Source: Lepidodermella squamata (taxonomy: Eukaryota > Animalia > Gastrotricha). From it: a DNA stretch of 64,000 bases. Position 1 is the first letter of the stretch, and every line of letters begins with the position of its first letter. The translations under genes and the position numbers were made by a program. A model generated the notes under the pieces. That model worked only from the letters and a program-made list of their open reading frames with translations. It ran no database searches and was not told the DNA's origin. Of this stretch, positions 49,956 through 62,243 are shown piece by piece. The stretch lies in NCBI GenBank assembly GCA_047495785.1, contig JBLDXI010000055.1:1674001-1738000 (forward strand), given 5' to 3'.

Positions 49956-50202
49956 CACAGAATAAAATATCGACCTATTAATCAAACATAATTTTTTCAT
50001 ATTTCGAGGCTTTTTTCCAATCCGATCGATCACTCAGGCAATATAACAAAGTACAATATATACGCATTTGATATTAATAGCAAAAATACAAGCAAGCTGG
50101 ATATCATCGATTGCAAGAAAGAGCGGATATCAAGATGAAAACCTTACGAAATTGTTTCCAATTTTCGTAACTTTCATTCTTGATGCCAATTAAATACAAA
50201 TT

Positions 50203-50838
50203 CTAGGTGGCTTTCAGTTTTTCGAGGCGTTCCAGCAGGTCTTCACTGTCATTATCCGCCGACGCGGCTGCAGGCTGTTTCGAAGCTGCCGCCATAGGGG
50301 CAGTGGGAAGTTTGGCGTTGAGGTCGATGCCGATTTCATCGAGGACTTGCTTGACCACGGCGTCCTCCGCCTCTTCGTCGCCGTCATCGAGCACCGACTC
50401 GAGCATATCGTCGAGCATTTCTTCCTTCATATCGGCCATTGTCATCGCCTCGCCGAACGAGCGCACCATCGCGGCAGTTTTCGCCGGGTCCATTGCCGCG
50501 TTAACCTTGTGCATGGTTTTTGTTGTCTCGCCCAAAGTTGTCGCCATTTTCTGAGTCGAATATGCCAACTTCGCACTGGTTGCCACCGTGCCTACCTTCG
50601 TGCTCATCTGCACCGTTCGCACGTGCTGTTTCCGAACTTGGACGAGCTGTTTTGCATAAACCGCACAAAGATCCTTCTTGCCCTCTTTCGCAGCTTTCTT
50701 TATTTGAGCCTCAAGTTGCTTCTCAAGCCGTTGCAGTTCATTGGCATCTTTATCCATGTCACGCTGGGCTTTCTTGGTAGACCGTTCCGTATCTCGAACA
50801 GCCTGCTTCGGATCTGTTTTCTGGCCGAAACCGAACAT
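50203..50838 (-). CDS. CHMP2B: ESCRT-III subunit CHMP2B, intronless
   Basis: Snf7 fold: LEKQLEAQIKKAAKEG..YAKQLVQVRKQ, VVKQVLDEIGI, and a C-terminal MIM1-like EDLLERLEKL. Confidence 0.9.
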   Translation of the reverse strand: MFGFGQKTDPKQAVRDTERSTKKAQRDMDKDANELQRLEKQLEAQIKKAAKEGKKDLCAVYAKQLVQVRKQHVRTVQMSTKVGTVATSAKLAYSTQKMATTLGETTKTMHKVNAAMDPAKTAAMVRSFGEAMTMADMKEEMLDDMLESVLDDGDEEAEDAVVKQVLDEIGIDLNAKLPTAPMAAASKQPAAASADNDSEDLLERLEKLKAT

Positions 50839-50995
50839 TTTTAAGGTGGTCTAAAATGCGATAAGTAGGAAATTAATTAATATCACGTTGTGTTATTTTA
50901 TATATTTCACGAAGACCCAAAACGGATAATTTATCGTCAGTTTAGAACGCTGAGACGCAAAAATTTCTCAATATTATAGAAAATTGTTCTTGGTG

Positions 50996-52100
50996 TCAAA
51001 TCCTGTACTGGTAGAAGTCGCACATGATTCGAGTTAGGTTGACGTTGAATGGCGTGGCGATTATGACGAACAGCGCCATTCCACTTAATGGAATGAGTAG
51101 CATCCGGGTGTTCCGCAAAAACGGAATGGCGTTGTAGCCAAGAAACGTGATGTAGATGTAGTACGAGACGGCGACGAACCACAGCAAATTAGAAACAACA
51201 GCAGAAGCAATATACTCCGTCCGGATAACTGAAATTGGCATTGGTTCTCTCAAACCCGGCTCAGAAATGATTTTTGAAGGACTTACATGATAGGAAAAAT
51301 AGCTGGAGAAAATGAAGGACCAAGAGCAGCGGAAACAGCGCATTGAGATGAATGTCGAAGGCATAGCCCCATTCGACGACTAGGTGCCGACTTTCGGCGG
51401 GTCGCAGCCACTGGTTGCAAACGAATCGTAGCAACGTAGCAATTACACATCCGACGCCAATCGCATCAATGAAAACGACCCAGAGAATGAATTCAAGGAA
51501 GCCGACGAAAGATAAACCCAAACCAATAGCAAACCCAATTGAAGACACTGCCGTGCGAAAAAATAATTGTAAAAAACAGCTGAAATTTCTTAATTCGGCT
51601 TACAGCAGAGGAAGGCTGAAAGAAGGACGAGAAATGCAGGATCATCACGGGCCCACTGATTTTTTGTTTCTGAAATGAATTAAAACCAGGATAAATAGGA
51701 CATGGTTTCCAGCATAAAACAGCATACGCTTTCGATAGCTGAAATTGCGGTATACTTTCTGAGGAGCAATGATCAGATAGGCCATTTGCCACGCCGCATA
51801 CTCAAAATCCATGTGTTGATAGCGAAACAAGCGCCTGATATATGTGAAGAATTTCGAGCTGGCATCACCTGGTGCACTGCCTGTACCAATATTCCGCCAT
51901 GAATTTTTGTTGAAAAACGAACTCAAAGCCGCCAGCCCACCCTGTTGACCGGTAGTAGTTGAGTTTTCGAAGGAAAACCGGGTTCGAGATTCCACTCGCA
52001 TTGGCGGGCTTTCAATTCCACTGCCAGAGTATGGCTGCCCTCGTCGCTGACCATACGACGTTGGAGTGTCGGATATGGTTACACCAATCGAGTCAGACAT
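50996..52100 (-). CDS. UNC50: Protein unc-50 homolog (Golgi membrane trafficking), about 4 exons
   Basis: RRLFRYQHMDFEYAAWQM, APQKVYRNF, NQWARDDPAFL, VEWGYAFDIHLNALFP, YYIYITFLGYNAIPFL. Confidence 0.93.
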
Positions 52101-52363
52101 AAATTATTCGAAAAATATCTAGACAAAGAATCTGGAGTTTATTTTCAAATCATTATAATTTAAAATTGTTGATCGTCGATAAGTCGAATGTATAAAAAGC
52201 AGAACAAAGAGAGAATTGCGTAGATGGAAGTAAAACGCTCACTGGAATCGATTTCTGAGACAAGAAATTCACAACCGCGCGTAAAAAACACAACCTTTCA
52301 GGATTGACATGGTTAGCAAAAACAAAAAATTACAAAACAGCGAAATGGTTATCAGAAAAAAGC

Positions 52364-54683
52364 TCATTTCATGGCAACTGCATAGTAACCTTGCTCTTCC
52401 GCCATTCGGCGTTGTCTCTTGCGGAAGCGCACAAGAGCTATCACCAAAATGCCGATGGCGATCAGAGCAAGGAAAAGAAAAGCACCTAAAACACTGGTCG
52501 CTGCCTGGTACTGGTACAAAGCGATTGGAACTGCATAGGTAGTAGTGACGAAAGGAATCCATTCGACCAACTGCGGGAAGTAGGCGTTCCAAAAGCCGTA
52601 ATGATTCGTCTTGTACTGGTAGACATGATGCGGCCATTCGAACAGCCAAGCCGAAGCGACACGTGACAAATTATAAGGATACCAAGTGAAATTCCAAGTA
52701 GGCCAAGGTTGTTGATTGAGCAGCAATATCGGTGTCGACTGATCATTTGTGGCAAAATTCACCCACGCCGTCATGATGTAGTCGCTAAAGTTGGCGTCTT
52801 TCGGATTATCCCACTGGTAAGCGCTCAGATCAACGAAGAACAAATCAGCTATGGTTCGATTCATCATCGGAAAGCCGAAAACGTAAGGCAACTCGCCACC
52901 ATGAGGCACGCCCATCCACGGAGGCAGAGGCGAAAATTTTGATCGGTAATCAAAAACATAATTGTAGACTTGCCGCGCGGCAGCAGACTGGCCATTAACT
53001 TGAGACTTCAGCAAGGCATCCATTCCAGTACCAAAATAGAAATCCGTGAAAACGTGGATAAGATTCTCGAGTTGAGCGGTGCGATTGTCCGGGTTTGACC
53101 AGTACGTGTACTCGAACTGAATCGAGTTGAGCAATTGTTTGAAGTTGTAGTGGTATGTGCGCGTTTTTGAAACGAATTCGTTGTACACCACCTTGGTAAA
53201 AGTTTCTGTGGTAATATCAATGCCAGTGATATCAGATGAATCTGGAAAGTAGAACAGATTATATGAAAAACCAATCCTGCGAATGAAAAACATACAATTT
53301 TTCAGATAAAATGCGCCCTCGGTTCTTGTCATTCCGCATAAGATCGGAATCTCTTTCCGCATTCCACTTGCACGATAGTTTGCTGGCAAATCATCAAGAA
53401 CGTCTGATTGTTGGTGAACAGTAACAGCCCAAGGTCCAGACCAAGCTCCCCACTGAATATAATTAATACAATCACAGTCAGTAGCTAAAACAATGGCAAG
53501 CTAATGATTTTACCTTCTTTGAAACAGCAAGACCCGCGTTAGCGATATCAAGATCTTTGCGAGCAAATCGTAGACATTCCATCAATTCACTCTGACGATA
53601 ATAAGGACATCCTAAGCGATATCCCAATTCAGATGCATATTCGTGAGGCCTGAATTCTTCAGAAACATAGGACCATATTGCAGTGTCAGCGCCAGACATC
53701 AGAATAGCTTTTTTAAATAGGTCTGAAAGATTCAATGGAAAAAAATCAAAATTAATCGCATCAATCGGAAAGAACTACATACTTCGGCCTCGGGTCAACG
53801 GAGATACCAAAAGGAAGCCGATCAGTGACGCTCCCGAATCATGACCCATTACAGTAACTTTGGAGTAATCTCCTCTGAACTGCTGTATGTTTTCTTGAAT
53901 CCATTCCAGAGCCCTGACAACATCTTTGAAGCCATAATTCCCGACGGCATAGCTGTTTTCCGTGGTTAAAAATCCAAGTGGCCCAAGACGGTAGTTAACA
54001 GTAATGACCATCACGCCATACTGGGCTAAAATGAAACCAGGCCATTGCTGAGCTGCGCCACTATTGAAGTCGCCATTTTCTCCGCCGTGGATGTAAACGA
54101 TGATAGGATAGAGGAAATTTGGTTGATTTTTGTATATCGTCATCTATGAAGTGCATAACAAGAATTAATATTACTAGGAAAATTCGCCATAATGTAAACA
54201 TACGTTAGGCACAAATATGTTGAGATACAGGCAGTCCTCAGATATGTTCATGTAATTCATGTAACCTTTGAACGAGCGTTTGACCCACGTGGGATCTTGA
54301 GGGCAGATTGGACGATAGAGAGATGCATTGTAGCGACCAAGCTTGTTGAACGGATCATCTTTAACCCACGGTTCGGGAGCCATAGGATCACGAAACCTCA
54401 GGGCACCTATCGGGGGTTTCGCATAAGGTATACCGAGGAAGCAATTCATTTCATTGATAACTCGCTCTGCTTGGTCTTTCTTGATGTATCTTGTGTCGTA
54501 CCATTTTTCATATGGAACAGCAAAACCTCGAACTGGCCCATATTGAGTGTCTATGATCCGTTCGAATCGATCGTCGACGCGATAATTGGGCGGCAAGCCG
54601 AATATGTTGCTGAATTGGCCAGAGGAAGGCTCAAAGAAGTACAGAATGGACAAGATAATCAAGCCACATATCTTTAAAACCAT
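52364..54683 (-). CDS. Type-B carboxylesterase-family, neuroligin-like single-pass membrane protein (non-catalytic), about 5 exons
   Basis: Signal peptide, FLGIPYAKPPIGALRF, SEDCLYLNIFVP, YIHGG, NYRLGPLGF, GHDSG in place of GxSxG, TRTEG, GVPHGGEL; C-terminal TM followed by RFRKRQRR. Confidence 0.85.
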
Positions 54684-55386
54684 GGCACTAAAGTAAAACG
54701 GTGAAATGTTAAAAAAATGTAGGCATCTAAGCACATATGAATGCAAAGAATCTCAGAGGCTGTTTGCAATCATTTCGGTTGACAACCACCACGCGAGACC
54801 ACTGATAACTACGTCAAAGTGCTCAGTGATGATAGTGAATCATCGGTGAATCTTGAGATACGAGAATGAGCTCGGGCTAAAAATTGATGAATTATAACCG
54901 TCTACCTTGCGCTTTGATTGGAAAAATCGATCTAGAGTGAATGTAGGTAGATACACCTACCACCTGCTGCCTGCTACCTGCTCAGCAGGAATAGGTTCGG
55001 TTTATAAACGCGTTTTGCTAGTGCTAGAGAGGCGATGATGCTCGAACTTCCCGAAATGAAGGCGCCGCCGATCATCGCAGAAAAGATTCGTTTGGGACCG
55101 CCCTTCTTTGAATAATATTTTTTCACACTTTTTAAATTTAGTTTTTCAGAACGTTTTCATATACATTTATCATTATTAATTGTAAACATATTTTTTATAG
55201 GCAACGCGTGCTTGACGCTCCAAAACATCGGCCCTAAAGGTATCTGGAAGCTACCGAAAACCGTCAGTGGCTGATGAGTAAATCCTTTTACCCTATGTGT
55301 TTTCCTTTTATTTGAATTAATTTCTCTAACGCTTCTGCTGCTACCTACATACCTATTACCACTGTCAGCCTGCGGCCTTTGAAAGT

Positions 55387-55499
55387 TGACGGGGAACTCC
55401 CCGTGGTTACTGCCCTCGCCTTGTGGCAAGTAACACAGTCTAAACGGAACGATCTGAACGGATCGAAGACGCCCCACGGCAACGGGGAGTTATCCGTCA
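55387..55499 (+). ncRNA. Unidentified structured element (18-nt closing stem enclosing three hairpins)
   Basis: TGACGGGGAACTCCCCGT pairs with ACGGGGAGTTATCCGTCA; inner stems GTTACTGCC/GGCAAGTAAC, GTCT..CGATC/GATCG..AGAC and GCC/GGC. Transcription is not shown. Confidence 0.4.
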
Positions 55500-56193
55500 T
55501 TGCTCCAATAAATTGTGACTTGAATTTTTTATCATGTCCGATGTCTTCCGATTTTCAGGGACCCCAGAGAATGCGCACTTGTTGAATTATGTTTGTTTAG
55601 AATACCGTACGCCTATAGATTAAAGAAGACGGACGGCGCAAAAGCGATCTATTCGATAATTGGCCAAATAATAGTTGGCGCTACTTTTACATCTCTTTTT
55701 CGCTCTCATCCATCGCTGGTTCCTGGTTCTAAGTTTATAGCTTGAATTGCGATGGATCTTTGGACGCATTTTCTCAAGCTTTCAGTGACTGAGCGTTGAA
55801 CAGGAAAAGCAATTAAACTGATTGCGAGTAAGAGGCGTGGGCCTTAGTAGGTTACTTATCTCCCACCATTCGATTTTCCCTTCAAGTTTTACTCGTATTA
55901 AAATTTGATAATTTGATCGTCAGCGTGGCATATTGCTCCCAGCCTCCCAGGAAATGAAATTCTTTCAGTCCCCAGTCGTTTCTATTTTATTTATCTTTTC
56001 CTCCTCAAGTCAAGACGTTTAATATTTCATAGCTTAATGCACATTTAAGTACCGTTAACTGCAGCTTAGAACGAGTATTTTGCCAAAGTGAACCCAGCTC
56101 ATATTTTCAGCCATAAAAACTGAGTGATGTCTTCAGCTAGAATTTTAATCAAATTGCTCAACTGATGAATATTTAAATTGATGCTTAGTTTTC

Positions 56194-59100
56194 ATGGCGA
56201 ATGACTTTGGATACGATGACGATTTTTTTGACGATGATAACCAGTGGAAGCCATATGGATCCTCATCAAACGCTAATAATGCCCATGTTAACAACGGTGG
56301 CGGAGGCGTCAATAGCAATGACATAGGGTCTAGTAACCGACCTACCAGTCGCGACAAAAATGGCCGGTCTCAAGCTGACAGGCGGTCAGTAAAGAGCAAA
56401 ACTGATTCGCTTCGAAGCGGCTCAAAGCCCTTCGCTAGAGCTACCAAAGCGGCACCTGCTCCTGCGCCTGCCATTGCCAAAGCTCCCACCAAGAAAGTCG
56501 AGACAGAATCCTCAGAGGGTGAAGAGGAGGAAGAAGAGGTTAGCATTGCCTTTTTGCGGTGTTTTTCTTCAAGGACTTTTCTTAACAGGAGGAAGAGGAG
56601 GAAGGGAAGAAATATGCATCAATGCCCAAGTCGAATGGAGCAAATCATAACGGAGTAAAGAAAGAGACGGAAAAATCCGGAACAAAAAACGGAAGACTGA
56701 ACACCCAGATCTCTTATGCGCCTTCAAACTATGAATACGAAGACACTTTTGTTGACGAATCTGTCGTCGGGCATACTCAGTCAGAGCAAGGTAAGGCGCT
56801 ATGATAGTACTAAATCCTCGTTCAAGACAATTTGGACACAGGTCACGCTAAGAAAACAGTGAACTTTCCAAGTAATCTAAGTATAGTCCTCTAGTCATTT
56901 TTTGTTCCTTTTAAGTTGATTCTCCAAAAGTGAAAGCATGCTTCTCTCTCAAATAGTCCCCAGCGGTGTTTTCCATATTTTACGCATTTCCATTAATTTT
57001 AGAGCACCGAAGGAGTCAAATTGCCAAGAATAAGCTGCTCATCCGGAAGCCAAAGCTCCGATCTAAAGGAGATCAAACCGCCTCAACAGAATCCAGTACT
57101 GTTCAAAGGCTCTTATCTGCCAAAAACACCAAGGTTCGTGCTTCGGTTAAAGAGCTCATTAAAGTAGTCAACTTTTTAAATTTTGATTAGATGCACGAAT
57201 ATGTCAATCGGATTCACGAGCTGGAAAATGCGCTGCAGCAAGTCCATCATGAAAATAAACTATTGCAAAGGCTGCAAAAGATCCAAGAGAAAGAAATTAC
57301 TCACTTTCAACATGACCAAGAAGAAATACCTCGACTTATGCAACAACATTCGGCTGAAATGAAGGCTGTCAAAATGATGCTTGATAAAGCTAGGCAGAAG
57401 CATCAAAAGACATGGAAGCGGTTGCTCGAAGTCGAAAATTTACTTCGAGAAGAAAAGCAACGCTCTGAACATCTGCAGCAAATCGTTGACAGTAGAGATT
57501 TGAAGGAAAGATATGACTTGGACCGCAAATTGAGCCAAGCTCAAGAAAGCATCGAGACCAAAGAGAAACGAATTATTGTTAGTTCTTATTTAGCTAATTT
57601 ATAATTGCTTATGCTGAAAAATATTTTTTTTCACAGGAGTTGGAAGCTCACGTTGCACGATTGGAGAAGAACTATTCCAGGCAATTTGGAGCTGAGAAAA
57701 CTAAAGTAAAAGAACTGCAGCTGCTTGTTGAGGATCTGCAGAATCGAAATACCAAGTTGGAATTTTCGCTAAAAGAAAAAGAAAAAGAGCTTTCCATCCG
57801 TGATATTTACCGGCAACGCGCGATTCAAGAGCCCAGAACGCAGCTAGTTCCGGTTGGTGCTGCCGCCTCAACTGCCTCTTCCCCCGGTTTTACTGGGTCC
57901 ACCGGAAACCTCGCGGGCGCCTCGAATCCGCGAAAGCCGCACCCTCCACCGCCTCGTAGGCTACCTCCAACTGAAAATGGGCAAAATTCATCTCGCAAGG
58001 CCACGAAACCTCCGAAGCCACGACCGGCCGTAGCACCTCCTTCAGATGAACAGCACTTCGAACCCCAACAAAACAATCAACCTGCGCCTGAACTTGGCAA
58101 CAGGGGTTTTTTCATCACTCAAATTGAGATGGAAATGGCTGCCAGGGCGCAGGTCAACCAAAGTCTGAACGTCGAATCGGCAGTTGCTGCCTATTCGCCT
58201 CGTGACCCTGCTACCGGGCGGAAAGCCGCAGCTAACAATGACACGCCGAGGGGGAGCGAGCAACGACGTCGCGAGCAAGAGGCCGATATGGACCGGCAAC
58301 TGGCCGCAGAACGGGCGCTGCAGCAAGAAATTCTGCGGAAAGCTGAACAGGAAAAGCAGGAAGCCGATAGAAGGGCTCGCGAGGAGGAAATTAAGCGGTT
58401 AGGCGATATTATGCTTGTTATCCACTTATAATTAACCTTGTTTTTTTCTCTTTTCCAGGCGGCAGCAATTGATGGCCGAGGCAGAAGCGAATCGCTCCCG
58501 TCAAAAGCAAAAAGAGGATGAAGAAAAAAGGCGATTGGAGGAATCGAGTCGCCATAAATCTGAAGCCGAACGTGAAGAACAACGTCGCCGAGAGTAAGTT
58601 TTATTTGTTTGTTTGAAATAATGCGTAAGTAAACACGGCGCATTGCAGAGCGGAAGCCAACGATCGAACCTTGCGCGCTGCTCTTGAGGCTCAGCGGCAG
58701 CAAAGAGCTGACCAGGAGCGGCGGGAAAAACGCGATTGGCAAGGTAAAGCTTGTTTATTCAATTATTCTCAAATATTCTAGCAATTTCTTTGTCGTAGAC
58801 GCGGAGGAGAAGCGTATAAAAGAGCAGGTTTTGGCGAAAACTAATGCTCGAAAGCTTGATTGGCTCAGTCCATCGCCTGACGAAGATGAACCAGCAACTA
58901 ATGACCTTTTAAGCTTTGGAGGCGGAACAAAGCGGAACGGCAATGCGGCTCCTGCTCGTAAGCGCCTCGACCTGCTGTTCAGCGACGATGAAGACGATGG
59001 CGGATTCGGGTCGTCAAAGAATCGAAACGGGCAGAAAAAAGCGCCTGTGGTAAGTTGACGAAAGATTTTATTCATCTCAGTGCAAATATTGACTTCAGGC

Positions 59101-59410
59101 TGTTGAAAAGTTGCACAACGGTCTTCCAACTCATGACGCGAATAAAACTAACGGCAACGGCGGCCGGCCGCGTGCAGGTGCTGGATCAATGGCGCCGTTT
59201 ATGCTGGGTGACACGCGCGACGTCGATGGCGATTTCCTGTTTGCGCCGGCCGGCAACAACAATAGCAACAAAACGAATGGCTATCAGCCGAATCGTGCAG
59301 GTGTCAACAACAAGCCGGCCAATAACAGAACAGGGGGCGGTGGATTTCAACAAACGCACTTGTTTGGCGTCGAATCGCCTGATCCGATTTCCGATTTCGG
59401 GGTTTTATAA
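56194..59410 (+). CDS. LCA5: Lebercilin (LCA5)-like ciliary coiled-coil protein, multi-exon
   Basis: VQRLLSAKNTK/MHEYVNRIHELENALQQVHHENKLLQRLQKIQEKEI..EEIPRLMQQHSAEM and LKEKEKELSIRDIY match the lebercilin domain. Confidence 0.82.
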
Positions 59411-60893
59411 CCTGTTTTCAGAGATAGGTAGATGTTTCCTTTGTTGTCAAATCGGTCTATCCTAGATGTTGTTGGGAAGTTGATGCTGTAACCCTGAAAT
59501 TTTGCTACTAAGATCTTCGCTGCTGCTATTTTTCGATAAATGTTTGCGTGTTGTTGTTTTTGACTCGTGTGCCAAGAAAATTAAATTTTTTTCTTTTAAC
59601 TGTGATTTCGTCACCCTGCATATTATTATGAAACTTGAACTTTTTTACGGGACATCGTTGTTATTGAATGCATCAAAAGATGTGTAAATCCTTCATTAAT
59701 ATAATATTATTATTTATTGTCGCATTGTTCTGCTACGATTCATCAAAAGTATTAAACATTTGTCAAACAGGTTTTGGGTTGCATTCATGTCTTTTATCCA
59801 GTCATATGGCTACTATATTGATGCGAAGATACGAGAAATATCGCCCTAATTATATTTTTCGCTTTAGTCTAATTTAGCTCGCGTTTTCTATCGGCTGAAG
59901 CAGAGTGACTTGCTTGTCTCAGCGATTGATTTCATCGGAAACCGCGCACGATTTTAATCTTCTCAAAGCTTTTACTTTGCATTTATTATGCGTAAAATCA
60001 TCCGTAAAACGAGTTGTGTTGTTGCTTGCTCTTCTTTACTCATGTCTTATTCATATTATTATCAAAATGGCGGGGATTTTAAACCAGAATTTGCGTACCT
60101 GTATGACTTGATGGAATGTAAAGATGAAGTATTTATTGTGGGAAATGATGAATTACATCGACTATTTACATAATTTCATAACATAAAACATGAAATGATA
60201 TCGTTATGAATTTATTAGCAAAAGATTTCGAAAATAAAAAATGCTGAATTATCACTTGTCTTTGGTTGAGAATTGTGGGGGAAACCGAGCCGAACAGTTC
60301 AAGCTTCCTTTATCAACCGCTTTATTACACGGGTTTGAGGGGGCGATTACGGAACTCATTCGGTTTGGTCTTCCGATGAGTTGAATTACCTGAATCGGCA
60401 TGGTGAATGTATACTGTCTTCTATAAAATTAGACTCATAAAAAGAGCAGTTTTGACATTAGAATATATCGAATTTCGTTCAGCAGGGGCGAGGGGCGGAG
60501 GTGGTTGATGCGTGCCGATTACGTTTGGCTGAATAAAATGATCGTGTTATAACCATCGAATTTTATCGTTCGATTATATCCACGCAATATACACGGATTT
60601 CTTCTGGGAATTCAGGTGCGTATTTTTGGCTCGAAAACTCTCTTGCGTTACCGAGCCATTCGTTGCACTTATCTCGCTAATTTCCATACAAAAGTTTGTT
60701 TCTTCATATATTTCGCATCAATACAATAGATATAAACCCCCAACTTCTGGCATTAGGGTATGCCGGCATTATTCAACTTCCGTAAACGTAGTGAAGCGTA
60801 AAAAAGTGCGGAGGCTTTCATTCGTCTTACATTTTATCGTATTTTTAAAATTGTAGACCGGCAGCTGTCCGTTTAAACGCAAAAATAAGGCAG

Positions 60894-61773
60894 ATGCTGA
60901 AAGTAACCGCCCGCAAGGCCTCGGTTGGGCTGCTCTCTGCCGCCTTACTACTGACCTGCGTAGATTTGTTGCCAGTTGAACCACCTACGACTAGTTCAAT
61001 TGCTGTCCCTAGTGTCGCGCCAGATGATTCGCCACCCGATGATCTATCGGATGATTCGATCCCCGAAGAGGAGGATATCTTCGAAGACTCCGAAGATACT
61101 AGCTTGCGCAGAAGGCGTGACGCAAGCTTTTTGTTCTACAGACCACGTAGGTTCATCTCTAACCCGTCGGTTCTGCGAAGCGTGGTTCGCCTTCAGCCAC
61201 CAAAAACATACGATTCAAGGCAACAATCAAATGTTTTGCCAGGTCAAAGTCTTGCCGTGATAGAATCGAATCCTATGGAGAACCCGTTCTTCCGCATTCA
61301 CGAGGCAGCTGCCTCACCTGTTGGTGACGAGGAGTACTACCGTCGCCAATTTGACAATGGTAAAACTGCCAATGCGAAATATATTGAAAAAGTCTAACGT
61401 TCATCCTCTGTCTTGTTATTTACACCAGGTGAAACGGATGGGGAAGAATATAAACCAAAGGTGAGTACAATTAGCAGTTGAATTTCCGAAACAATGCTCA
61501 TTTTCTCTTTTTGGTAGGGCGACATTTTCGACGATGAATCATTCGCGCGAACCAGTAAATTCCCCTTTCCGGAATCGCAATATCCTGGTAAATAGCTCAG
61601 TGATTTTCTGTCACATTATTATTTGTGCTTCTTCGCTGTACCCTTGTGCGCTTACCATTCCATTCTCAAAGACAATTAACCGAAATTTGTTATTTTTTTC
61701 AGAATCTGACAGCCGGGAGCGAATAGTCGGCTTCGTGGAAACTATCGAAGATTACATTCCAGATGCTGATTAA
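60894..61773 (+). CDS. Orphan secreted precursor (~210 aa) with signal peptide, acidic pro-region and furin-type sites; exons 60894-61359, 61429-61460, 61518-61587, 61703-61773
   Basis: Hydrophobic N-terminus (VGLLSAALLLTCVDLL), D/E-rich block, then RRRR and RPRR; GT-AG introns join the pieces in frame. Confidence 0.6.
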
Positions 61774-62243
61774 ATCTTCACGATTCATAAATTTAAATGT
61801 ATGCGCGATATCTTTTTATTTTCGTCATTTGTCGGCAAAAGCGAAAAAGGCAACATTTTTTGACACACCACAATCTTTATTTAAAAAGTTTTTCTACTTT
61901 TCAAAGTTCAACGTGAATAATTGATCTTCAGTTTTTTTTCCAAAATTCGGTATAAAGCAATAAATTAATACGTTTTCGCAAGTGGTTCCAAAGCTTTTTA
62001 TAGTTGATTGCTATCGGTTTCGATAGCGTGACAACATATAGATTAAAATCGTCGATCAAATGGCATACTTGACACGTGATAATGAAAAGCAAGCCACACC
62101 AAGCATGCCCAATTTTTCGGAATACAAAAATATATAAATATGCACAATCAAGCTTAAATGGAATAAGATTGGCGCTCATCGTGACGTTTCTGAGCTGCTA
62201 AAATAATTTGAAATTCAAAAATATGCTAATTTATACTAATAAT

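Larger units (their letters stand above)
48615..54700 (-). other. Putative SL trans-spliced operon esterase-like-UNC50-CHMP2B-PSMA1
   Basis: Four co-oriented genes with gaps of 263, 157 and 247 nt; TAG acceptors 4-19 nt upstream of each ATG. Confidence 0.55.

Noticed and set aside
49155-49991. 278-aa + strand ORF antisense to PSMA1
   Set aside because: Shadow ORF caused by strongly GC3-biased codons of PSMA1; no recognisable motifs.
55271-55295. CTGATGA followed by a small stem, hammerhead-ribozyme-like
   Set aside because: No GAAA follows the stem and no stems I/III can be formed.
55387-55499. Resemblance of GGGGAACTCCCCG and ACGGGG to RNase MRP P4 strands
   Set aside because: The two segments form a simple closing stem with no room for the P1-P3 architecture, so the element is kept only as unidentified.
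59988-60173. 61-aa ATG ORF downstream of lebercilin
   Set aside because: AT-rich context and no homology recognised; could be chance within 3' UTR or spacer DNA.
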